Shown here: positions 53,472 to 64,000 of the stretch, piece after piece | Position numbering within the stretch: position 1 is the stretch's first letter | How the letters are laid out: each line of letters begins with the position of its first letter | Assembly (NCBI RefSeq): GCF_006345805.1 | Contig: NC_042998.1 | Coordinates: 13,454,001-13,518,000 of the forward strand | Length of the DNA stretch: 64,000 nucleotides | Origin: Octopus sinensis | Lineage: Eukaryota | Direction: 5' to 3' | Notes under the pieces: model-generated | Seen by the model: only the letters and a program-made list of their open reading frames with translations | Database searches by the model: none | Told to the model about the DNA's origin: nothing | Translations under genes and position numbers: made by a program

Positions 53472-55411
53472 TATTCACGTGGCAAAACGAACACCACTCA
53501 AAAATTATGAATGAAACAATGTAATAAAACAACCAACATCGAAAATAGCAAATTACCACGAATTCCCTAAAAAAACATGATAAACCAAAACTCTTAAAAA
53601 CATATAACGATAAAATCTCCCTTGCTAAACTCTATAACAAACCTATATAGTAATCCCCCAACCTAAACATTTACACACAAATACACACACGTAAACCACA
53701 GACCCACGACTTATACACATACCTATACTAACTTATAAACCTCAATATACACCAAAACCCACTCCCTCCCCACACAGACAAATTAACACATACATCCCAA
53801 AACCTAAATAACAAACCATATACACAGTACACAACACACACACCACACGCAAAACACACACACACAACAGATACATATACTCCCTCACATATACGCATAT
53901 ACATACTCACTAAACTCGATATATACAACAATTTACACACCCACACTCATACAGATAAATAAATTATACAACTAAAAACTCACACACAATCTCATATACA
54001 AAAACTCCTATGAAACAAACATTAAATACATCGTAATTAACCAGAATATCAAAAATAACAATATGACATAAGGATAAATAAAATACATACTTACAAGTCA
54101 GTTTCAAATTATGAAGTGAAATTAAATTCTTAGCCGTTAAAAAAACCAAACCAAAATTACGTTACCATAGAAAAAACTAATGTAAAAAAAAGAATACGCG
54201 CCATAGAAAGTAAACGTCATTTAAATTATGAATGGAGAAATAGAATAAATGGAACTAAAAACTATATCCACGTAGCAAACCAACACTACTTAAAAAAATT
54301 TATTATGAATGGATTCTTTAAAAAACTACCATGAAAAATCATTATATACATTTATGAGCTTTAGCTCACCTTAGCAGCTCTAACAAACAACTTGCAGTAA
54401 ACCCAAACCCATTCTCTAGCCTACCTCACTACTACACTATTCCATTCACAATTCCAAGCAACGCTAGTCCACACCCCCGGTTATTCACGTGGCAAAACGA
54501 ACACCACCACTCAAAAATTATGAATGAAACAATGTAATAAAACAACCAACATCGAAAATAGACAAATTACCACGAATTCCCTAAAAAAAAAAAAAAAAAA
54601 TGATAACCAAAACTCATAAAAACATTTATAACGATAAAATCTCCCTTTTGCTTAACTCTATAACAAACCTATATAGCAATCCCCCTAACCTAAACATCAC
54701 ACAAAAATACACACACGTTAACCACAGACCCACGACTTATACACATACCTATACTAACTTATAAACCTCAATATACACCAAAACCCACTCCCTCCCCACA
54801 CAGACAAATTAACACATAATCCCAAAACCTAATAACAAACCCATATACACATTCACACACAAACACAACACACGCAAAACACACACACAACAGATACAAT
54901 ATAATCCCTCACATATACGCAATACATACTCACTAAACTCGATAATATACAACAATATTTACACACCCACACCATACAGATAAATAAATTTACAAATAAA
55001 AACTCACACCACAATCTCATATACATAACACTCCTATGAAAAAACATTAAATACATCGTAATTAACCAGAATATCAAAAATAACAATATGACATAAGGAT
55101 AAATAAAACATACTTACAAGTCAGTTTCAAATTATGAAGTGAAATTAAATTCTTATGCCGTTAAAAAAACCAAACCAAAATTACGTTACCATAGCAAATA
55201 ACTAATGTAACAAAAAAGATACGCGCCCATAAGAAAGTAACGTCATTTAAATTATGAATGGAGAATTAGAATAAATGGCACAAAACTATATCCACGTAGC
55301 AAACAACACTACTAAAAAAATTTATTATGAAGGATTCTTTAAAAAAAACATGAAAAATCATTATATACATTTATGAGCTGTAGCTCACCTTAGCAGCTCT
55401 AACAAACAACT
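53472..55411. repeat. ~1010-bp-period direct duplication inside the 52-kb element
   Basis: 53472-54391 matches 54482-55411 (TATTCACGTGGCAAAACGAACACC ... CTTAGCAGCTCTAACAAACAACT); an older partial copy lies at ~52745-53130. Confidence 0.9.
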
Positions 55412-55813
55412 GGCGGTTTTTTTGACTATTTATTAAAATTTTATGTATTGATTAAGTCTTTCCTTGTTTGTTTTGCAAATAGTGGTTTTGTCTCTAATAA
55501 TATTTTATATATATATATATATATATGTATACATGAATACGTATATATGTGTGTATATGCGTGCATGTGTATATGCGAGAGTTTAGGCAAGCAAAATGCA
55601 AAGAAATAGGTTAACTTATAAGTAATAACCTATATACACACATAAAATTACAAATTGTGTTGAGTACTAATCTGAAATGGAGCATTCAGAGTTTTGCAAT
55701 GGATGCCTACTTAAATCTCTAGGTTTCTTGCACACGTTCTTTCTCTGGCGCGCTGTCTTTCTTCCATTCTCTTACTGTATTTCCATTAATGCATACACAC
55801 ACGCACACACATA

Positions 55814-55852
<39 letters not shown>

Positions 55853-56873
55853 ATATATATGCGTGTGTATATGCGCTTATGCATACCCACAAAATTTATT
55901 GTTTTCCAAATTTATGTCACGAAGCTCTTATATTCAACAAAATAATAGATCGATAGAATAAGTACCAGACCAAAATTAGTGCCGTTGGTAGGGTAGGGAA
56001 ATATTGTCGCTGAATCTCTTGAAGTCGGCACCACAGCATGGCCAGAGTCCAAAAAGTGAAACCAATAATGAAGGAATAACAGATCAATAAGAATTTTATG
56101 AACAGGCACATTTTATGTGCGGACAACTGAAAGCAGCTATAAACGAAGTGTAGACACATTAATCATTCACAATGAATAACTGTTGGAATTAATTATAATC
56201 AATGCAAATACATCTTCTCAGTAGCAACGTACGTAATCGCTTCCATAATTGAAACTAAGTTTGAAGATTAGTCAAATTTCATTTAATTTTATTTACACAT
56301 GTTTATGGCATACGCTAAAGGTTGTTTCACCACCATTTTACTTTATATTATATCTTCCTTAAGATTTTGTTTAAGTATCAACAGAAATATTTTCATTTAC
56401 ATATTTTGACTGGATATAAAAAAGCTTCAATGACTATATTGCATTAATCAGTTCGGGAGCCACAATATATTTAGACATTCAGACGCGGGATTAAAAGCGT
56501 TGATAGTAAAAGAAAAAAAAATGGAATTGAAAGCACCATGATACCATTCTCACTTTCGGTGATAAAATGTTGTACAACATTTTATCTTAATATACATATT
56601 ACTCCAACATATTTTTATTTATTTACATTTAGGTAATGTTTGGAATAGGAATGCATGATCCCTTTTATGGGGACTAGAATTAATAATGTACCTATTGCTG
56701 GTTAAAGCTTCTGAGTGTGCGTGTATCTCTAAGCTTATAACACATCCATGGGCAGCTACTTTGCTATCTCATCATCGGTATACAGAATGCTTTGAAAACT
56801 GCTTGTAATAATCTACGTGATTATGTGAATTTCAATTGACAACAGCTATATATATATATATATATATATATAT

Positions 56874-57108
56874 ACCGGAGTAAACACATAAATGTGAAAC
56901 ATGGTGGAAAAAAGAGTACTCAAATACCAGTGGTAGAGTAATATGCTTTATATAAAGCAGTAGAAAATTCAACAAAACCTGTTACTCTGAGTTTCCCGTT
57001 GCCCTTCATCGGACAGTTTTTGCTAGAAAAAACTGTCCGATAAACGGCAACGGGAAAATCAGAGTAACAGGCTTTGTTGAATTTGTTGCTGCTTTAAATA
57101 AAGTATAT
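56874..57108. mobile_element. Near-perfect palindromic element (81-bp arms, 6-bp spacer) in (TA)n with HHR-like motifs
   Basis: 56941-57021 is inverted relative to 57028-57108; each arm has CCGAT(G/A)A-..G(GCAA)CG.-GAAA. Confidence 0.8.
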
Positions 57109-57150
57109 ATATATATATATATATAAATTATATAGATATATATATATATA

Positions 57151-57410
57151 TGAAAAAACAAGTCAACATAGAAAATGCTAAAGTAATTTTATAAAGAACA
57201 TTTCAGTACCGGTCTCATTCATTTTGAGACCTTTTCAAGTGTAACGATTAAATAATTAAATTTAGAAAAATTAAAAGAAAAGGTTTTTTAAAAGAATATT
57301 TGTATAGTGTTCAAATATAAGTGGCATTTTCCTTGTTTCTGCCCTTCTCTGTCTCTCTTGTTCACAAGTGTGAACAAGAGAGCATTTTCTATCTTGACTT
57401 GTCTTTTTCA
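57151..57410. mobile_element. Short fold-back element in (TA)n (~30-bp inverted ends)
   Basis: TGAAAAAACAAGTCAACATAGAAAATGCT versus AGCATTTTCTATCTTGACTTGTCTTTTTCA; internal hairpin GGTCTCA/TGAGACC. Confidence 0.7.
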
Positions 57411-57836
57411 TATATATCAACTCGTGTGTTCCTTTTCATCCTTATACATACATATATATAATATATATATATTATATATATATATATATAATATATATAT
57501 ATATAAACCCACATACGCATACACGCACACACATACACACGCACACATACACGCACGCACAACTACACGCACATACGACACGCACGGACATATACACACA
57601 CACACACAAATGAACCCACACTTACCTCCCATACACACAGCACACACTCATACATACACGCACACACACATACTTCAAACTACCAGTACCCTTCACTGAC
57701 CATTCTTCCGCGCACATGGGTAGGTAGACAAAAGAGTCACTCCTACTTAGTTCTTCCTTGACCTTAAACGTTAGTAAGCCCAACTACACACATAGATTAA
57801 CAACCACAACCACACACACACGCTTACACGTGCTAT

Positions 57837-57873
<37 letters not shown>

Positions 57874-57959
57874 CTGCGAGGACGCACAAATCTCCTCTTG
57901 CAATCTCCTCTCTTTTAAAACACGTTTTCTTCACCCATTCCCTTCTGGTCATTCGAAAT

Positions 57960-58140
57960 GTGACGGCGTGTGTACCGTTGGCGAGTTTTTTCCCTCCGTC
58001 TTCCCTTCTTTGGATCTTTGCTTTTTCTATGTTTCTGACGAAGAGCTCCTTCTTTCATGAGCGTCCAATAATACTATACTTGTTCCACGTCCTCGCGTTG
58101 TTGTGTTTTCTGTTTGTGTTTTCCTGTTTGTATTAACCAT
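57960..58140 (+). mobile_element. GAGC-family element with truncated HHR (CTGACGA-A-GAGC; GAAA half deleted)
   Basis: GTTTCTGACGAAGAGCTCC followed by a tail TGAGCGTCCAATAATAC...GTTCCACGTCCTCG resembling the 23-kb family; ends in (TA)n. Confidence 0.55.
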
Positions 58141-58580
58141 ATATAGATATATATATGGAAAAAATAAAGATCTACTGATGAACTTAGATTTTAGTAAAAT
58201 ATGTTTCTCAATTTTCTTCTAACCTAATAATGTACAATATATTTCTTTGACACGTGGACATAGATAAAAGGAAATATATCGAGTAGGACTTAAAATCGTA
58301 GATTTATGTGAAAAAACTTCTCCATATATTGAAAACTCTGACATTTTTTCTGATTAATGAAGTAATGTCATTATAATTTGTTTCTTAAAAAGCATCTTTC
58401 AGTTTATCAATCAAGTTGTGTGAGCGACAATCATTACATTACGAAAAAACATGACACGCTATCTTTTTGAAATTAATCAAATTTCTATTTTTGACAATTA
58501 ATTGTAATTTAATTAATATTTCTCATAGCCTATTTGCACTGAACAAAGATTAGGATTGCCGGGTCAGTTCAGGGGTAAGT

Positions 58581-58905
58581 GTAAAGACCCCGTTCGGTAA
58601 TGAATGACAATGAGATTGCACCAAGAACCTAACCCTCCGAGGCACAAATCTGGGCAGTGTTGTTTTATGGAATACCAGCAATCACATATGCATATCAACC
58701 TCCAGTCTGCACGCCAGCAATGTTATCCAAGGTAAAGGCAAAGGTCGATACAACTTGGCAGCAGTAACGACGCATCTCATTTCCACAGCTGAGTGAACTG
58801 TAGCAGCATGAAAGTGTATCGCTCAAGAGCACAACACACAGCGTGGTGGTCTGGCAATCGAACTCGTTACCTGATGACACACAGGCGACTGAGCCATGCA
58901 CTTCA
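58581..58905 (-). mobile_element. SINE family D copy (diverged)
   Basis: Collinear with 6016-6350 (GAGGCACAAATCTGGGCA...CAGCTGAGTGAACTG...GCTCAAGAGCACAACAC...CTGAGCCATGCACTTCA). Confidence 0.85.
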
Positions 58906-59721
58906 TCCCCGATGACGATAAGATATACAGAAAAGGAAGTATGGGTTTCACAAAAGTTATTTCCCCTTTGTATCGTGTGATTAATTTAGACCTGAAATAG
59001 ATAGAAAGTATTGAACATTAGTTATAGAGATAGACCTATATATAAAACAATAAGAGCAAACAAGCTATAATTAGTTGCTGGAAGCTAAATCATTTGTAAA
59101 TATTTAAGCAACCAATGTGTAGTCATATGAATAAAAAGAAAGAAAATGACTGAATTGAATTATAATCTATTTTTTCAGTTTAAACAGTCATAAAATATGC
59201 ATGAGGTAAATACAAAGAGAACAGCCAGCTTAAATTTCTAAACTCCGAGAATCCGTTCCTAAACAGAAATTAGACATGAGTAAATCTTATTGAGAATAAT
59301 AACCAGAAGATTGAATCAACTTTAGCATTTTAATTAACGGTTTTAGTCGTAAAACCGATTAAATAAATTATACACACGGAAACAGAAACGTACATACACA
59401 CATATGAACATATATGCATGCATTGATACACGCATTCATAATATGTATGTATGTGTGTCAGCGTGTGTTTGTGTTTGTGTGTATGTGTGTATAAATATCA
59501 TTGAACGTGTGAAAATATTTAAGCTTGGTAATTCAGCATTTATTTTATATTGCCGTATAAATATGTAATGTGTGGATAAAGTCCATAAGTATATGCATGA
59601 GTATACAAGTATGTGAATACACTTCTCTCTGTTCATAGATGCTTGAATAAGTTTCCTAGATTTTATCTAGACACCTTTCTCGCAAACACAAACACACACA
59701 TACAAACACGCGCACTCCACC

Positions 59722-59765
<44 letters not shown>

Positions 59766-60134
59766 ATATATATATATAATATATATATAATATATATATA
59801 TATATATGTATGTATGTATGTATGTATAATTGCAAAGGGGGAGAAAGAAAGATGCTGAAAGCCGACAAAACAGAACGATATTGAGAAAGATGGTTATATC
59901 CAAACAACATGAGATAAAATTATCTATATCAAATATTTCTCAGAGACAACTATATGAAAAATTCCATTTGTTCTGTGTTTGTTGATATCTCTGTATGTTT
60001 AACAAACTTTATTGAATCGAAAGCTTTTGACGATTTAATATGTGTTTGTACTTTTGTGCATGTGTGTGTGTATGTGGCAACGTCTCCTATATAAGAATGG
60101 TATTTCACTTCGTTTTTTTTTTTTTTATAAAGTT

Positions 60135-60370
60135 GGTTTAAAATTTTGGCATAATGCCATCAATGTTTGGAGAAGGAATGGTGAATGTCGATTACAAGAC
60201 CCATTGCTCAACTGATACTTATTTTATCGGCAATATAAACTGGTACTGATTTTATCGACACCAAAGGTATAAAAGGCAAAGTCGATCACGGCAAAATTGG
60301 AAATCAGAGGGTAAAATGATCAAATAGCATTATGCCCGGTGTTCTAACTAATGTAACACCTTACCGCCTT
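60135..60370 (-). mobile_element. Degenerate SINE family A-related copy
   Basis: CTGGTACTGATTTTATCGACACCAAAGG..AAAAGGCAAAGTCGATCACGGC...ACCGCCTT. Confidence 0.7.
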
Positions 60371-60564
60371 GATTTGTAAAGATATACGCAAACAGTATTT
60401 ATGTAGGACGAAGTGTGTGTGTCTGAAGGGCTGCTACTGAATGGTGATATAGAGCATATGAAATATCTTAAGAAGCTTCTATAAGATTCTACATTTGAGA
60501 AAGGTAGAAAGAACGACTTACTGATGATGCGTATATATATAAATATATATATATATATCAATAA

Positions 60565-60603
<39 letters not shown>

Positions 60604-60605
<2 letters not shown>

Positions 60606-61438
60606 GGGGGTAGCTAAATGTAACAAGAAACGTTCTCTGAAAAACCCGTTGTAATCTGGGATTCCGCCTCTAGAAGCCACATGCAGCGCTCAGGCACTTC
60701 CGCTGACTGGCGTCGTCCTCTGTAATCGGACTGCCACGTTGTGCATATTTGTTTGTCGATTTTTGCGACGGCTTAAACGAAGATCAGCATGCTTCTGTGA
60801 AATTCTGATGGGGAAAACCGTGGCTGAAATAGTTGACATACTTCAAACAGCCTACAAAATCGCTGCTTTTATCGAGACACAAGTTTACGAGTGGTTCCCA
60901 GACCTTAGGAATAATCAATTGTTGCTTGAAGACCAACCGAAGAATTGAAAACATCATGAACATGCATGGCCTGATCTTGGAGTCAGTTACCGAACAACGG
61001 ACGAACTTGTGGATATGACAAATGTATCCTTGATCTCCTTACCAACGAATTTTGAGCGAGTGTTTGCGAGTATTTGTCCCAAAATTTGTGTCTCATTTGC
61101 TCACGGAAGTTCAAGGGCAGTCACGACTGAATGCTTGACCTGAACTAATAGAATAGTTGGAAGTTGATCCGGACATTTTTTCGAAGGTGTCTCTGGTGAC
61201 GAAAGCTGACAATACGGAATATGCGGATATAGAAGTGGTGTAAAAACAGAATACGACGGAGAGGTTAAAAGACATCACTTCGCAATAAATCCAGAACTCC
61301 TTCGAATAGTTTAAAACGCAGGTGGACCGATGCTTTGCTTCAAATGGAGAATACTTTGAAGTTGATAAAATTGTAAACGTAGAACTAAATGAATAAAGTA
61401 ATATTGCAAATGTCCAGCTAGTTTTAGCGCCACCCTCT
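60604..61438 (+). mobile_element. Internally deleted mariner transposon (second family)
   Basis: MGKTVAEIVDILQTAY...QVYEWF...LEDQP; KFVSHLL (WVP-motif equivalent); EVDPDIFSKV..GDES; C-terminal RWTDA/..SNGEYFEVD; weak TIRs GAGGGGGTAGCTAAA / GAGGGTGGCGCTAAAA. Confidence 0.85.
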
Positions 61439-61451
61439 TATACACACATAC

Positions 61452-61499
<48 letters not shown>

Positions 61500-61715
61500 G
61501 TATGTATATGTATGTATATATATAGAGAGAGACAGACAGACAGAAAGAGAGGAGAGAGAGAAAGAGAGGGAGTGAGAGAAGGAGAGGGAGAGATAAGTGG
61601 ATAGATATACATATATAATTAGATATATTTACACATATATACATATATATATATATACATACCTATCTATCTATATATTTAAATATACATACATGCATAT
61701 ATATATATATATAAA

Positions 61716-61759
<44 letters not shown>

Positions 61760-62438
61760 TACATGTTTTGGTATCTTAACGCACTTGGCAATTAACTAAA
61801 TATTAACCCACCTGGTTAACAGATAGCTCTGGAAGAGTATAGCTGATGTTTACCATTTGTCACGCATTTAATAGAATTAACAACGCAACATTATCTTCTC
61901 AAAAGGTATTAAGTACTACGCGACACGATATAAACAGCAACAGTTACTGCACATGCGACGTCGTGTAAATAGGAGCATATCAAGTGAGTGGAGTTTTACT
62001 CACATTATGCTATGCATGTTTCCATTGTAAGGCTTTTAATTGTTCATCAACCTATTACATAATATGGATTACAGAGCCATAATACTTTGTAAAACTACAA
62101 ATGTCAGCCTGTAGAAACATTTCACACTATTCTTATTCTGTTATCACTATATGAATACTGATAGTAATTTTGTCCGTTTCACGTTTAAGTAAAGATATGC
62201 TTTCATGTTCACATTCGAGCAAATTTATCGTAGTTTTGAGAGAGATTCTGTGCACCGCGACTAATTTGTAAACACAAAATATTAACATATATAAGACTGT
62301 TGCATGTATCGATAAATGGAGAGATGTGCAAAAATCTAGGCTCCACGAACTCCTTCAGGAAGCTTCGAGACTACTCAGCTGGAATGTGCTACATTTTCGA
62401 AATATTTTGCTCCTGTCGATAGGTAATGAAACCAGTCC

Positions 62439-62674
62439 TGTTATATCGCAATACAACACAGTGGCAGTGTGAGCTACGAAATCCTCGACGCCGCTGTTAT
62501 ATCGCAATACTACAAAGTGGCTGCGTGAGCATCTCATCCTCGACCCAACTGTTATATCGCACGTTCGGATGCGTCTAATACTCAACTCTGTTCTCTACTC
62601 TGTTCTAGTCTTCTCCCTCTATATCTCACGCATCGGGATAGCCTACTTCATCGTCTGGGGGCGTCCACACAACA
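62439..62674. mobile_element. Solo LTR with perfect 5-bp TSD
   Basis: AGTCC|TGTTATATCGC...CACACAACA|AGTCC; internal ~55-bp subrepeats starting TGTTATATCGCA (three copies); homologous to 43809-44074. Confidence 0.85.
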
Positions 62675-63172
62675 AGTCCCCTGTAGCGCAATCTGCCTTA
62701 AAAAGATATTGGATATATTCTATAACACTACAAAGCATCATTGGCATATAAATATACAATTTTCCTCAACAATCTTGTCCTTAACCTCTGTTTAATCCAG
62801 CTGCACTTTAAGGAAATCTGTTGTAAATCATGCTCTATATAACTGAAAAGAAAGAAATATGTACGAACACGTAAAATCGTAGGATATAAAAGTTTCGGAA
62901 AATGTGAAGCAATAGAGATATTCTCGCATTATTTTCATAACTAAGAATGGATTGCATTACACACAAAAAAAAAAAACGGAAAAAAATACTTAAATTGCTC
63001 TCAGTGGTTTTATATGATGACATTTCAATATATGAAGGAAATGAAACACATAATTAGATTACGAAATAAAAATAGGATGCTATTCATGGATGAACTTGCA
63101 ATTTAGCGATATAACACGAGATACTGTAAAAATTATCGATGTAATTAAAGGATTGACAAAAGTCATATACAT

Positions 63173-63590
63173 AGGCGCAGGAGTGGCTGTGTGGTAAGTA
63201 GCTTGTTTACCAACCACATGGTTCCGTGTTCAGTCCCACTGCGTGGCATCTTGGGCAAGTGTCTTCTGCTATAGCCCCGGGCCGACCAATGCCTTGTGAG
63301 TGGATTTGGTAGACGGAAACTGAAAGAAGCCTGTCGTATATATGTATATATATATATGTATGTGTGTGTGCATGTGTTTGCGTGTCTGTGTTTGTTCCCC
63401 TAGCATTACTTGACAACCGATGCTGGTGTGTTTATGTCCCCGTCACTTAGCGGTTCCGCAAAAAGAGACAGCTAGCATGAGTACTGGGCTTACAAAGAAT
63501 AAGTCCCGGGGTCGAGTTGCTCGACTAAAGGCGGTGCTCCTGCATGGCCGCAGTCAAATGACTGAAACAATTAAAAGTGGGTAAAGAGTA
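63173..63590 (+). mobile_element. SINE family B, full length
   Basis: Head AGGCGCAGGAGTGGCTGTGTGGTAAG...GGTTCCGTGTTCAGTCCC, CORE-like CTTGGGCAAGT, internal (TA)(TG), tail GGCGGTGCTCC.GCATGGCCGCAGTCAAATGACTGAAAC. Confidence 0.92.
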
Positions 63591-64000
63591 TCCGATATCA
63601 TTTGTCTAACACTAAATTTCTCTGTAAATATATGTGTTTGGGTGTGTGTGTGTGTGAGAGAGAGATAGAGAGAGAGAGAGAATGTGTGTATGTGTGTTTG
63701 TATGTGTGTTTGTGTGTGTGATTCTGCATTAATTTATATATTTCTAGCTTTAACCGGTTTCACAGTTTACACTGATTTACAAAAGTACAAATAGAATGAC
63801 GTAGCTTATGTCACAGCTCTCTTGTTTCTCGCAAGTGTTTGAAGTTTACCCTGTTTTTAGAGTTCATGGCTCAAAGTATTATATGTTTTGAATAGGATTT
63901 GATTGGTAGATGTGATAGTCATATGACTAGTCATCGCCATGATGGATCGTTAGCCACTAAACCCATTTTCTCTTTCCTTGTTTCTCTCCTTGATTTTTCT

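Larger units (their letters stand above)
52051..55509 (-). mobile_element. 3.4-kb non-coding HHR-bearing element with ~100-bp inverted arms, inserted in (TA)n
   Basis: 52134-52233 is inverted relative to 55411-55509; intact HHR at 52231-52273; body is A/C-rich and G-poor on the plus strand, with internal duplications; (TA)n on both flanks. Confidence 0.8.

Noticed and set aside
52280-55410. Mitochondrial insertion (NUMT) suggested by the strand skew
   Set aside because: No recognisable mitochondrial gene, tRNA or rRNA, and it is bounded by HHR-family arms; not formally excluded without BLAST.
57204-57240. UUGAAAA (U3-A8 variant) hammerhead on the minus strand; similar trace at ~63750-63785
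   Set aside because: GAAA is replaced or stem I is out of register; it cannot be called without a family consensus.
58871-58877. CTGATGA hammerhead-like core
   Set aside because: It lies within a SINE D head and has no stem II or GAAA partner.

Overview
AT-rich, microsatellite-dense eukaryotic non-coding DNA (intron or intergenic). The SINE families and repeat content suggest a coleoid cephalopod, probably Octopus; this is an inference. I found no convincing host gene exon, and almost all ORFs in the supplied track are artefacts of (TA)n/(CA)n/(GTA)n repeats or SINEs. Recognisable content: several tRNA-derived SINE families (two in head-to-tail arrays), CR1-like and RTE LINE fragments, two decayed mariner transposons, one non-autonomous Helitron, two solo LTRs of one family (one with a perfect 5-bp TSD), and remnants of Penelope-like element (PLE) RT and GIY-YIG ORFs. 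The most notable signal is a recurring set of non-coding fold-back elements, mostly embedded in (TA)n, that carry type I hammerhead ribozyme (HHR) motifs. These include two identical canonical HHRs (33409-33451 + and 52231-52273 -), a 3.4-kb strand-skewed element whose inverted terminal arm starts at the predicted self-cleavage site, a tRNA-headed SINE-like element ending in a minimal HHR, and a family with a shared non-canonical core (CUGUYGA). All structures were read by eye; coordinates of decayed repeats are approximate.
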